A stretch of DNA of 64,000 nucleotides, from assembly GCA_028716045.1 (NCBI GenBank), contig JAQUQO010000001.1:192942-256941 (forward strand), read 5' to 3'. This DNA is from Patescibacteria group bacterium. Its GTDB lineage: Bacteria > Patescibacteriota > Patescibacteriia > JAQUQO01. Below the pieces are notes generated by a model that saw nothing but the letters and a program-made list of their open reading frames with translations, searched no databases and had not been told where the DNA came from. Positions 19,520 through 28,329 of this stretch are shown one piece after another. A program made the translations under genes and the position numbers. Position 1 is the first letter of the stretch; each line of letters begins with the position of its first letter.

Positions 19520-19577
19520 CTTGACCCGTCAGTCGCGACTGACGGGTCTTGACAAATCCTTCAAAACATGCTATGAT
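19520..19577 (+). promoter_or_regulatory. Hairpin-promoter module, copy B: cTTGAC-[gacccgtcagtcgcgactgacgggtc]-TTGACA-17-TATGAT
   Basis: Perfect palindrome 19523-19548; consensus -35 and -10 with 17-bp spacing. Confidence 0.6.
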
Positions 19578-19583
19578 ATAACG

Positions 19584-19980
19584 TTATAGTGCCTGGAAAA
19601 TTTAGTTGGCTAAGATTAGCGGAAAGCACTCTTTTGGGATGAAAATTTGGCTATAAATAGAGAAAATATAGCTAAGTTTCCATCCCGAGAGGGATGCCCC
19701 TTCGGGGGTCAAAGCTTATGTTTTGTCTTTTCTGCTATTCAGCCTTTTCCGGCTCTATAACGGATTTGCACATTACTTAAGCCCACAAAATTTTCCCCCC
19801 GAGAAGGAGGGTCAAAATTTAGAAAAGAACGTAGAAAGAGAGTAAAAAAACAATATAGAAATTTAAAGGAAACATTTTTTCATGAGAGTTTTCTCTCACA
19901 AAAAAATATTTTAAGCTTTTTAAGCTTAATAGTTTCCCCTCCAAATTTCTCTTACTCTCCTTTTCCTCTACGTTCTTTTT
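19584..19980 (+). ncRNA. Candidate structured non-coding RNA of unknown class, driven by module B
   Basis: About 400 nt with no ORF of 60 aa or more on either strand. Consensus promoter directly upstream. Local hairpins with GNRA (catccc-GAGA-gggatg) and UUCG (cccc-TTCG-gggg) loops. Long inverted repeat 19815-19845 / 19945-19978. Confidence 0.3.
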
Positions 19981-19984
19981 CTTT

Positions 19985-20695
19985 TTATTTTATTTCTAAA
20001 CCAGCCACCATGTCTTCAAAAACTTTTTTATATCCCCGGTCGTCGCTGTCCAAAGCGCCTTCCATTATTTTGTCGGCCATTTTAAAGAAGTAGTGCGCGA
20101 AGATTTGGCCGTTTTTATTTTTATAAAATGCTTCCAGCCCGTCGAAACCATTAATAGTAATTTTTTCGCTGGAAGAAAGTTTCCAGTCCTTATTTTCGGT
20201 TAACAAGCTTTTTTCTGCCGCCTCCTCTAAACTTTTCTCCGGGCTGATAGTAAATTTTATTGTCCCCTCGCCCCCGATTTTTAATTTTGGATAAAATTCA
20301 GCGATAGTCTCCGGGTCAAAAGTGGAACTCGCGTAAGTCCAATTTTTTGGATATTGGACGGTGAATTTATAAATGTCATTGGTGTAAATTTGCGGAGCAT
20401 TTGAAGCGGAGTTATTAGTTGTCGGCTCTGCCAGTGTTCCGAGTTTTTTATTCTGTGAGTTAATATCTTTTTGCTGTTCGGAGTAGCGGGAGTAGTATTG
20501 CTCCGCAGTTTCGGCAAAATAATTAGAAACGATGTGAAGTTGTCTGGTGAGGAGCGCCATCCAAAAAAGCAGACCGATATTAAGCGCGATTAGAATGATA
20601 ATTGCTCCGCTGGTCAGAGAGATTTTTTTATTATTTTTTCCGGAGTTTAATTTTATTTTTTTGAAGATTTTCTTTCCGCCGCCTAGTTTCAACAT
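19985..20695 (-). CDS. Hypothetical membrane-anchored protein (N-terminal TM)
   Basis: 236 aa ORF; no family recognised. Confidence 0.5.
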   Translation of the reverse strand: MLKLGGGKKIFKKIKLNSGKNNKKISLTSGAIIILIALNIGLLFWMALLTRQLHIVSNYFAETAEQYYSRYSEQQKDINSQNKKLGTLAEPTTNNSASNAPQIYTNDIYKFTVQYPKNWTYASSTFDPETIAEFYPKLKIGGEGTIKFTISPEKSLEEAAEKSLLTENKDWKLSSSEKITINGFDGLEAFYKNKNGQIFAHYFFKMADKIMEGALDSDDRGYKKVFEDMVAGLEIK

Positions 20696-20823
20696 AGGTT
20701 TAATTTTATTTTTTAAAACGCAGGGTAATTATACCATATTTTATTATTTCTCCCAATAATACTGTGGATTATTTTATAATTGCTCCGCCGGCCGATAAAT
20801 GATATTATAACTAAATACTTTTT

Positions 20824-21369
20824 ATGTACGATTTGATACAAAAAGCCGTGAAAATTGCGGTGATGGCGCATGGCAATCAAAAAAGGAAAGACAACAAAAA
20901 GTTGCCATTTATTTTCCATCCGATTTCGGTGGGAATGATTTTATTAAAAGAAGGATTTAATGATAAAGTTGTGGCCGCGGGGATTCTGCACGATGTTTTT
21001 GAGGATACTAATTTTAGCAAAGAGGAAATGATAAAAGAAGTAGGGGAAGACGTTGTAGAAATAGTAGAATATGCTACCCATAACAATCGACTGTTTTGGG
21101 AGGAAAAAATGGAAGAATACATAAAAAAATTAAGGTTTGCTCCCAGCGGAGCCAAGGCGGTCGTGGCTGCCGACAAAATTCATAATTTAAGCTGTTTTTG
21201 CGAGACTTACAAAAAATCCGGTCAAAATTTATGGAAAAAATTTCACGGCGGGCGAAGTGCACAGATTAAATTTCATGAGAATGTTTATTTGTCTTTAAGC
21301 AATGAGTGGGGCCATCGTTTGCTCAGGGAGTATAAAAAGTTGATTCAGAAGTTTAAAAAGTTAAAATAA
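20824..21369 (+). CDS. Small alarmone hydrolase (SpoT/RelA-type HD (p)ppGpp hydrolase domain only)
   Basis: AHGNQKR...FIFHPISVGMILL...VVAAGILHDVFEDT matches the RelA/SpoT hydrolase HD signature; 181 aa. Confidence 0.75.
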   Translation: MYDLIQKAVKIAVMAHGNQKRKDNKKLPFIFHPISVGMILLKEGFNDKVVAAGILHDVFEDTNFSKEEMIKEVGEDVVEIVEYATHNNRLFWEEKMEEYIKKLRFAPSGAKAVVAADKIHNLSCFCETYKKSGQNLWKKFHGGRSAQIKFHENVYLSLSNEWGHRLLREYKKLIQKFKKLK

Positions 21370-21371
21370 TT

Positions 21372-22046
21372 ATGTCTATAAAGAAAAAGAAAAAATGGCT
21401 GTCGCATAGCGGACTTTCCGGCAAGGAACGTTGTCCTAGGTGTTTTTGGCTGCAATATAACAAAGGAATTTACCAGCCCGAAGGAATAGTTTCCCGTTTG
21501 GCTAACAGATTTGACAATGTTATTAAGAATTATTTTGACCTTTATCGGCCTTTAGGAGAATTGCCGCCGATGATTGAGGGGAAAGTGAAAGGTAAATTAG
21601 AAAATCCTTTTCAGGAGATATATTTTTATGATTATGATAATGATTATGGTTTTTACGGCAAGCTGGACGAATGTTTAGTCGGTAAGGACGGTAAATATAC
21701 GCCGGTGGACCACAAAACTTCCAGTTCCGACCCGCGCGAAAAAGAAACCTTGCCGGCTTATCAGGAGCAATTGGACGCCTACGCTTTTCTCTTGGAAAAA
21801 AACGGGAAACCGGCGAGCGGCATCGGTCATCTTATTTATTTCTATCCCGACCATAGTGAAAAACTGCACAATGGTTTCCCGATGATTATCCACGTGGAAA
21901 CACTAAAAACCAATACCAAAAATACTTTAAAGAGAATAGAGGAGGGGATTAAAATTTTACGCGGCCAGATTCCGGAGCCGTCTGCCGCTTGCCCCTTTTG
22001 TTCGTGGTACGATGCCTTGTCCAAAGAATTAAAAAATAAATTATAG
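21372..22046 (+). CDS. PD-(D/E)XK nuclease-superfamily protein (Cas4/RecB-like, with N- and C-terminal CxxC pairs)
   Basis: CPRCFW ... LDECLVGKDGKYTPVDHK ... CPFCSW; no cas genes or CRISPR array nearby. Confidence 0.5.
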   Translation: MSIKKKKKWLSHSGLSGKERCPRCFWLQYNKGIYQPEGIVSRLANRFDNVIKNYFDLYRPLGELPPMIEGKVKGKLENPFQEIYFYDYDNDYGFYGKLDECLVGKDGKYTPVDHKTSSSDPREKETLPAYQEQLDAYAFLLEKNGKPASGIGHLIYFYPDHSEKLHNGFPMIIHVETLKTNTKNTLKRIEEGIKILRGQIPEPSAACPFCSWYDALSKELKNKL

Positions 22047-22049
22047 TTT

Positions 22050-22391
22050 ATGAAATTATTTTTGCGCTGGATGATTTACGCCGCCGCCCTTATTTTAGCG
22101 GCTTATTTGATTCCCGGCGTGGCAGTAGCCAGCTTTTATTCGGCTTTGATAGCCGCCCTGATTCTCGGACTGATTAACGCGCTCATCCGGCCGCTGGTTA
22201 TTATTCTGACTTTGCCCATAAATATCTTGAGTCTGGGGATTTTTACTTTTATTATCAATGCCCTGATGTTGTGGTTAGCCAGCACTATGGTTAAAGGTTT
22301 TTATATAGCGGATTTTGGTTCAGCTCTGTGGGCGGCCTTGCTTTTGTGGATTATTTCTTTAGCTGTTAATTGGATTTTTAAAGAAGATTAA
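22050..22391 (+). CDS. Phage-holin-4_2 (DUF360)-like 4-TM membrane protein
   Basis: 113 aa; MKLFLRWMIYAAALILAAYLIPGV pattern typical of this family. Confidence 0.6.
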   Translation: MKLFLRWMIYAAALILAAYLIPGVAVASFYSALIAALILGLINALIRPLVIILTLPINILSLGIFTFIINALMLWLASTMVKGFYIADFGSALWAALLLWIISLAVNWIFKED

Positions 22392-22560
22392 AATTATTTG
22401 CCGTTGATTATGAAAAACCATTCGCGCCGAAATTTAAACAAAAAAGAGGTCGCTTATCGGATGCCGTCGCGTTTTTTGGCCAATAAGCCCCAAAAAGCGA
22501 GTTTGCCGGTTGAAGAAACACCGCACAAAGGGAGCAGAGAAAAGAAAGAGAGAATAAAAT

Positions 22561-23247
22561 ATGCCATCTAAAAAAGTAGTTATTTCCCTGGGCGGTTCTT
22601 TGGTGTATACCAAGTCGGGGATTGATGACAATTTTTTGAGAAAATTCAGAAATTTTATAGTTGCGCAAACTAAGAGAAACGTGAAATTCATTATTGTCGT
22701 CGGTGGCGGAGTTTTAGCGCGAAACTATCAGGAGGTTGTCAGAAAGATAAAAACCGCCAGCGATGTTGACCTTGATTGGGCGGGGATAATGGCGACGCGA
22801 GCCAATGCTTCGTTAGTGAAAATCGCCCTCGGTAATTTATGCGAAGACCAAATAGCCATTAATCTTAATGGCACGATAAAATGGTCTAAAAAAGTTTTGG
22901 TAGCCGCCGGCTGGAAACCGGGGTGGTCAACAGATTATGATGCCGTATATTTAGCAGACAAATTTAAAATTAAAACCGTTGTTAATTTATCCAATGTTGA
23001 TTTTATTTACGATAAAAATCCCCTGAAATATAAAACCGCCCGCCCCCAAAAAGAGTTGTCATGGAGAGAATATCTGAAAATAGTCGGGAATAAATGGGTG
23101 CCGGGGTCCAATCTGCCGTTTGACCCCATTGCCAGCCAGTTGGGGAAAAAGAAAAAAATAAGAGCGGTGTTTTTAAATGGCCGGAATTTTGTTAATTTAG
23201 AAAGATGTTTGGGCGGGAAAAGTTTCAAGGGGTCGGTAATTAAATAG
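22561..23247 (+). CDS. pyrH: Amino-acid-kinase-family protein, probable UMP kinase (archaeal-like)
   Basis: KKVVISLGGSLV ... IIVVGGG motifs; 228 aa. Confidence 0.5.
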   Translation: MPSKKVVISLGGSLVYTKSGIDDNFLRKFRNFIVAQTKRNVKFIIVVGGGVLARNYQEVVRKIKTASDVDLDWAGIMATRANASLVKIALGNLCEDQIAINLNGTIKWSKKVLVAAGWKPGWSTDYDAVYLADKFKIKTVVNLSNVDFIYDKNPLKYKTARPQKELSWREYLKIVGNKWVPGSNLPFDPIASQLGKKKKIRAVFLNGRNFVNLERCLGGKSFKGSVIK

Positions 23248-23315
23248 ATGACTGGTCGGGCGAAATTTAAGCCGGGGGTTGATTATAGCGTCTAAAATGA
23301 CGCTTTTTTAAATCG

Positions 23316-23400
23316 CTTGACCCGTTGGTCGCGACCGATGGGTCTTGACCAGTCAGTCGCGACTGACTGGTCTTGACAGATTTTTAGGGTTTGTTATAAT
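23316..23400 (+). promoter_or_regulatory. Hairpin-promoter module, copy C. Tandem double hairpin (23319-23344 and 23347-23372) sharing TTGAC units, then TTGACA-16-TATAAT.
   Basis: First hairpin preserved by two G-T wobble pairs on the + strand. Second hairpin perfect. -10 at 23395-23400. Confidence 0.6.
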
Positions 23401-23552
23401 AAGTTAAAAGTTAATAATTTAGTTAATTTTTAACCACAGACAGCGGGGTCCCGAGCGTTCGGGATTAAACCCAAACCCTGCCGAGGTTAGCAGAAGATAT
23501 TCTTAGTATCTGTGGTTTTTCCGCAGATTTTTTATTTTTAATCCATAAAAAT
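23401..23552 (+). promoter_or_regulatory. Probable L10 (rplJ) leader autoregulatory structure
   Basis: About 150-nt structured leader (ccacagaca...tatctgtgg outer stem with internal GC-rich hairpins) directly upstream of rplJ, as in known L10 leaders. Class assignment is by position, not by covariance model. Confidence 0.4.
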
Positions 23553-24068
23553 ATGCCCAAAACTAAACAAAAAAAACAGGAAATTTTAAAAAGTTTTAAA
23601 GATAAATTAGCCACCGCTAAAGCGGTTGTTTTTGCCAAATTTACCGGTTTAACCGTTAAGGACATAACTGATTTACGCAATAAATGCCGCAAGGAGGGGG
23701 TTTTTTACGGCGTAGCCAAAAAGACCTTGTTAAAGAAAGCTTTAGATGAGGCCGGCTTTAATCTTCCCTTAGACGGTGAAATTGCCGTGGCTTTTTCCGA
23801 AAAAGACGAAGTAGCCGCTGCTAAGATTTTAGACATTTTTGCCAAAGACCACGAGCAGGTTAAATTTTTATCCGGTATTTTAGAAAATAAGATTTTGACC
23901 GCCGAAGAAGTCAAAGGTCTTGCCAAGTTGCCTTCAAAGAAAGAATTATTGGCTAAAATGGTAGGCAGTATTCAGGCTCCGGTGAGCGGGTTTGTCAATG
24001 TTCTCGCGGGTAATTTACGCGGTTTAGCGAACGTGCTCAACGCTATTAAAAATCAAAAAACTAATTAA
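23553..24068 (+). CDS. rplJ: 50S ribosomal protein L10
   Basis: 171 aa, typical L10 sequence. Confidence 0.9.
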   Translation: MPKTKQKKQEILKSFKDKLATAKAVVFAKFTGLTVKDITDLRNKCRKEGVFYGVAKKTLLKKALDEAGFNLPLDGEIAVAFSEKDEVAAAKILDIFAKDHEQVKFLSGILENKILTAEEVKGLAKLPSKKELLAKMVGSIQAPVSGFVNVLAGNLRGLANVLNAIKNQKTN

Positions 24069-24094
24069 TCATATAATTAACTAACAAAAAACAT

Positions 24095-24499
24095 ATGAGC
24101 GAAGAAAAAAAAGAAGTTATTGTTCCCGAAAAGTTTAAATCTTTAGTTGGGGAAATCGAAAAAATGTCCGTTTTGGATTTAGCTGAGCTGGTTAAAATTT
24201 TAGAAGACAAGTTCGGCGTTTCCGCCGCCGCTCCGGTGGCGATGGTCGGCGCTATGCCGGGAGCCGCCGCTCCGGCCGTGGAAGAAAAAGATTCCTTTAA
24301 TGTGGAATTAACTGAATCTGGCGCCAATAAGATTGCCGTTATCAAGGCGGTTCGTGAAGTTACTGGTCTTGGTCTAAAAGATGCTAAAGATATGGTTGAT
24401 GGAGCCCCGAAGGTTGTTAAAGAAGGAGTCGCTAAAGCCGATGCTGAAACAATGAAGAAGAAATTGGAAGAAGCCGGCGCCAAAGTGGCCCTGAAATAA
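24095..24499 (+). CDS. rplL: 50S ribosomal protein L7/L12
   Basis: Ala-rich hinge, C-terminal [28 protein letters not shown]. Confidence 0.95.
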   Translation: MSEEKKEVIVPEKFKSLVGEIEKMSVLDLAELVKILEDKFGVSAAAPVAMVGAMPGAAAPAVEEKDSFNVELTESGANKIAVIKAVREVTGLGLKDAKDMVDGAPKVVKEGVAKADAETMKKKLEEAGAKVALK

Positions 24500-24519
24500 G
24501 ATTGTTAATAAAGTTTACA

Positions 24520-24560
24520 ATTCAAAAACTCTCCCGAATACTCGGGAGAGTTTTTGAATT
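24520..24560. terminator. Bidirectional terminator
   Basis: aaaaactctcccgaatactcgggagagttttt. Confidence 0.7.
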
Positions 24561-24562
24561 GG

Positions 24563-27115
24563 TTATTTTAAGTGAGTAGCATTAATACTGTAAATTTGCG
24601 TTCCGTTTAGCAGGTAGATTTTTTTTAATGTTTCATCAACGGTAAAATCTTTCAGGTCGTTAAATTTGTCGGAATAATATTGAACCGTCAGCTTTCCGTT
24701 TTTATCAAAAACAAGCAATCTTTTCTCTGGGGGTTCAAGAACATAGAGGTAGCTTGACTTTGCGGAAGTCCATAATTTAGAAGGATTGGCCCAAGCGGGG
24801 TCAGGCAGAGTTGGTTCAAATTTTTGTTTATAGCCGCTTAGAAATTTTAATATTTCGCCGTTATTTTTGAGTACATAGGCGCCGCCGTCTACCGCGAAAG
24901 AAACGAGGCCGTCAAGGTTTACCGTTTCATCTTTTATCCAGGCATTGCCGCGGGCGTATCCGTCCAAAGCTTCATTGTGGCGGAAAATCTGGCGATTAAA
25001 AGTATCCAATAAGTAAAGTCTATTATTATAGAGAGACATTTCTTTAATATCCGCGCTGCTGTTATTTAGGTTAATAGCTACATCTTTGAGGGTATTATCT
25101 TTGATGTTTAATTCTACGAGGCTGCGGTTACTGCGGTAAAAAAGGATTGTGTTTTCATTTTTATTTATAGCTAAATTAAGATGCCCGAGTGAAGTAGAGC
25201 TTTCTTTTAAAATATCAATCGTATTTTCCGCTCCGAGATTGAGCCGATAGATCACGTTATTAAAGGGGTTAAAAGTGAAAAGTTTATTGCCGCTGGCAAT
25301 AATTTTAAATAATTGAATCGTCGGGTCAACGGTTTTAAAATCAGCTACTACTATTGGGGCAGAGATGTTTTCCACCTTTCTCAATTTTTCCAATAAGACA
25401 TTTAGCTCATCAAGAAGATTAGATTTTGTTTCCCTTTGTTTTTTTTGCCCAGCAGGGAGGGTTTCAACCAATTTTTTCGCTTCCCAAAGCAAGCCCCGAC
25501 CCTTATTTTCGTCGTTATAGATGATACTTGCTTCGGCGGCGTTTTTCTTATTTTCTATTTCTTGCAATTGGTCATTGTAGGCGATTGCAGATTCTTCACT
25601 TTTTTGTTTTAAAGAAAGAACGGCGATACTGCTAATAAAGAGTATCCCCAAGACAATAGTTATGATAAGCAAAATTTGGCTGGTGCGCGGCAATTGTTTA
25701 AATTTAAATTTCAGGTAATACAGTAATCTTGCGAATTTTTCCCCAAATTCTTTAGTTTTCGTTTTTAATTTTTCATTGTCAATAATATGGGCCGGAGAGA
25801 ATTTTCTGATTTTTTCCGCATCAGCTGTTTTTTTAACGGTTTTTTCCATCCACAGCCAGCCATTAAAGAAAGAAATTTTTAAAAAGCCGGCCAGCTTAAA
25901 TAATCGGCCGTAGACGTTCCCACATAAAAGGGCAATTTTTCCGGGTTTATTCGGGAGAATTTCAGTCAGCTCGGGAATTATTTCCGTCGCTACCGCATCC
26001 GCAGTTATTTTTTGCTCCTCCCCGTCAATAGTGATTTTTTGACTTTGCTCTAAAATCAACATTTTCTTTTCTTCTTCAATTTTTCTTTGTTCCAAGAGCC
26101 ATTGCTGTTTTCGCAGTTGTCTGGTTTTTAATTTTTTTTGTCGGGCGGTGTGATATTCTTTTTTATATTCCTTGATTTTTTCCAGGAGTTTTTTCACGAA
26201 AATTTTGCTCCGCATATTTAAAATTCCAGATGTTCTAGATAAATTCCTCCGGATGTTCAACAATAGAGAGGGAGAGAGGAATTCTTTGGTTTTTTCTTCG
26301 GTGCCAAGGAGTTGGGCGATAGATGTCTGGGAGGTCAGTTTAGATGGCTGGTTTGAAGGTTTTTCCCTTTGGTCGCTTAATTTGGCCACAATCGCCGCCA
26401 CGCTTACATTGGGGTTTGCCTCGTTAAGCAGATTTTTCAATTGTTGAAGAGCCGAAGTGACAGTTAGGGTGGTGAGCGTAGTTTTAAGTTTTTCCAAAGA
26501 GAAATAATCCAGTAAAGCGGAAGTGCAAAACAGTAAAGAATCTTCAGAATTGATTTTCCCGCTGATTATATTGGAAAAAATTCGTATAAGGTTTAATCTT
26601 TCGCTTTCACTCGGCGCGCCTTCCAGGACATTAAGCATGATGTAATCGTCATTTTTCTTTTTATGAATTAAAAAAGCATTGGTTTGGCCAATGTTTGTAA
26701 AATAAAGATATTTATTTTTAATAACCCCGATAAGAGCATTTAATTTTTCCGGAACTAAATCGAGATTCTGCTCTTTTATCAAATGAGTTAATTTTTGATT
26801 TATCTTTTGCAGGGATTCTTCAAAAATTGTTTCTATATTTTCCAGCCCGTCCAAATAAAGTTGGGTCGCTCCTGCCGGTTGATTAAGCATCAATTTATTA
26901 AAGGTTCCATAATAAGCATTTTCCATTTCAGCGATTATAGTATTGATTATCTTTTGGCTGTCTTTGCTCTGATAATTGATTTCGATGATACCAAAAAGAT
27001 TCCCGAGAGAATTTTTTTCATCGGGAGTGATATTGGAAGTAAAAGCATAGCAAGTCGAACGACTTCGCGGGGAGGTGATAATTAAACGGTCAATTTGGAC
27101 AGCGGGTCTAATCAT
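24563..27115 (-). CDS. Large hypothetical membrane protein (cytoplasmic N-terminal domain, central TM, extracellular beta-rich C-terminal domain)
   Basis: 850 aa ORF with a single central hydrophobic helix (LLIITIVLGILFISSIAVLSL). Confidence 0.55.
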   Translation of the reverse strand: MIRPAVQIDRLIITSPRSRSTCYAFTSNITPDEKNSLGNLFGIIEINYQSKDSQKIINTIIAEMENAYYGTFNKLMLNQPAGATQLYLDGLENIETIFEESLQKINQKLTHLIKEQNLDLVPEKLNALIGVIKNKYLYFTNIGQTNAFLIHKKKNDDYIMLNVLEGAPSESERLNLIRIFSNIISGKINSEDSLLFCTSALLDYFSLEKLKTTLTTLTVTSALQQLKNLLNEANPNVSVAAIVAKLSDQREKPSNQPSKLTSQTSIAQLLGTEEKTKEFLSPSLLLNIRRNLSRTSGILNMRSKIFVKKLLEKIKEYKKEYHTARQKKLKTRQLRKQQWLLEQRKIEEEKKMLILEQSQKITIDGEEQKITADAVATEIIPELTEILPNKPGKIALLCGNVYGRLFKLAGFLKISFFNGWLWMEKTVKKTADAEKIRKFSPAHIIDNEKLKTKTKEFGEKFARLLYYLKFKFKQLPRTSQILLIITIVLGILFISSIAVLSLKQKSEESAIAYNDQLQEIENKKNAAEASIIYNDENKGRGLLWEAKKLVETLPAGQKKQRETKSNLLDELNVLLEKLRKVENISAPIVVADFKTVDPTIQLFKIIASGNKLFTFNPFNNVIYRLNLGAENTIDILKESSTSLGHLNLAINKNENTILFYRSNRSLVELNIKDNTLKDVAINLNNSSADIKEMSLYNNRLYLLDTFNRQIFRHNEALDGYARGNAWIKDETVNLDGLVSFAVDGGAYVLKNNGEILKFLSGYKQKFEPTLPDPAWANPSKLWTSAKSSYLYVLEPPEKRLLVFDKNGKLTVQYYSDKFNDLKDFTVDETLKKIYLLNGTQIYSINATHLK

Positions 27116-27185
27116 TTTTGGGGTGGTATTTGTTATTCACATTTATTTATATTATAATATAAATAGCTAAAAAGTAAAAGAATCT

Positions 27186-27833
27186 TTGTTAATATCTTAT
27201 TTTATGCTTGAACACTTATTTGGTTCAAAAGCCAGGGTGAAATTATTGCGCCTGTTTTTGAATAATCCGGATAAACCATTTTTTGTTCGGGAGCTTAGCC
27301 GTTATTTGAAATTACAGATTAATTCCATCAGAAGAGAATTGCAAAACCTAGAAACCATTGGCATCATTATGGTGGATAGGGGAGCGGCGGAAGAGTCGGC
27401 TCCGGGCAAGGGTAAAGGAAAGAAGGGAGGTAAAATAAAAAAGAGCCGCGCTAGCCAGAAGAAATTTTTTAAGGCGGACAGAAGTTTTATCCTTTACAAA
27501 GATTTAAAAAATCTTTTGGTCAAAGCACAGGTTCTTTTAGAGAATGATTTTATTAAAAAGTTAAAAAAATTCGGTAGCCTAAGTTATTTGGCTTTATCCG
27601 GAGTTTTTGTCGGGCAGGACAATTCCTCGACCGATATTTTGATTGTTGGCAAAATGGATAGAAGAAAATTGAAAAGATTAGTGCGAACATTTGAGAAGGA
27701 GCTGGGAATGGAATTGCGGGTGACACTGATGGCGGTGAAAGAATTTGAATATCGCCGTAATATAACGGATAGATTTTTATATGGTATTCTGGACGGCAAG
27801 AAGATAGTTTTAGTAGATAAGTGGGGCAAATAA
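27186..27833 (+). CDS. Winged-helix transcriptional-regulator-like protein
   Basis: N-terminal KARVKLLRLFLNNPDKPFFVRELSRYL wHTH-like segment; Lys/Gly-rich linker. Confidence 0.45.
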   Translation: MLISYFMLEHLFGSKARVKLLRLFLNNPDKPFFVRELSRYLKLQINSIRRELQNLETIGIIMVDRGAAEESAPGKGKGKKGGKIKKSRASQKKFFKADRSFILYKDLKNLLVKAQVLLENDFIKKLKKFGSLSYLALSGVFVGQDNSSTDILIVGKMDRRKLKRLVRTFEKELGMELRVTLMAVKEFEYRRNITDRFLYGILDGKKIVLVDKWGK

Positions 27834-27839
27834 AAAGCT

Positions 27840-28250
27840 ATGTTTTTATTTATTAATACAGCCGAAGAAGAGAGATTACTGGCGGGGCTGATTTCCGCTA
27901 CTGGAACAATTTTGAAAGCCGCGGAAATTAAGGAAGGTGCGGAGAGAAGGGAATCGTTGTTAGGGTTGGTTGATAAATTATTATTGGCCAGCAAATTTTT
28001 TTCCGAAAAAATAAAAGGAATTATCGTAGTGACCGGTCCGGGAAGATTTAGCCGTTTGCGGTCAGCTGTTGTTTTAGCCAATACTTTATCTTTCGCTTTG
28101 GGTATCCCCGTGGCTGGAATGAATTTGGAGGAAGTGAAAAATCAAAGCGGTCTTATTAAAAAGGGCATAGCCAAGATTAAAAAAGGAGGGGATACGGTAG
28201 TCGCCCCTTTCTACGGCAAAGAGCCAAACATCACCCGCCGGAAATCTTGA
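27840..28250 (+). CDS. tsaB: Short TsaB (YeaZ)-like protein (t6A biosynthesis partner)
   Basis: IIVVTGPGRFSRLRSAVVLANTLSFALGIPVAG matches the TsaB N-domain GPGSFTGLRIGI..A.GLA region. Confidence 0.55.
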   Translation: MFLFINTAEEERLLAGLISATGTILKAAEIKEGAERRESLLGLVDKLLLASKFFSEKIKGIIVVTGPGRFSRLRSAVVLANTLSFALGIPVAGMNLEEVKNQSGLIKKGIAKIKKGGDTVVAPFYGKEPNITRRKS

Positions 28251-28303
28251 CACGTCGGTCGCGACTGACGTGTCTTGACAAATTCAGCTTTTTATGCTAT
28301 ATT
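28246..28303 (+). promoter_or_regulatory. Hairpin-promoter module, copy D: cTTGAC-[gacacgtcggtcgcgactgacgtgtc]-TTGACA-17-TATATT. The tsaB stop codon lies inside the first TTGAC.
   Basis: Palindrome 28249-28274 closed by one G-T wobble on the + strand; -10 at 28298-28303. Confidence 0.6.
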
Positions 28304-28329
28304 ATTTATATAAATAATAAGTTAAAATT

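Noticed and set aside
19584-19980. Possibility that the ORF-free transcript is RNase P RNA, tmRNA, SRP RNA or 6S RNA
   Set aside because: I could not find the conserved cores. The region lacks GGAAAGUCCGG and ACAGAACCCGGCUUA for RNase P, a tRNA-like 3' end ...GGUUCGAAUCC..CUCCACCA for tmRNA, and AGGAAGCAGCC for SRP RNA. Class left open.
20700-20823. Possible regulatory element between the divergent 19985 and 20824 genes
   Set aside because: Only generic AT-rich sequence with -10-like strings is visible. No palindromes or repeats above background.
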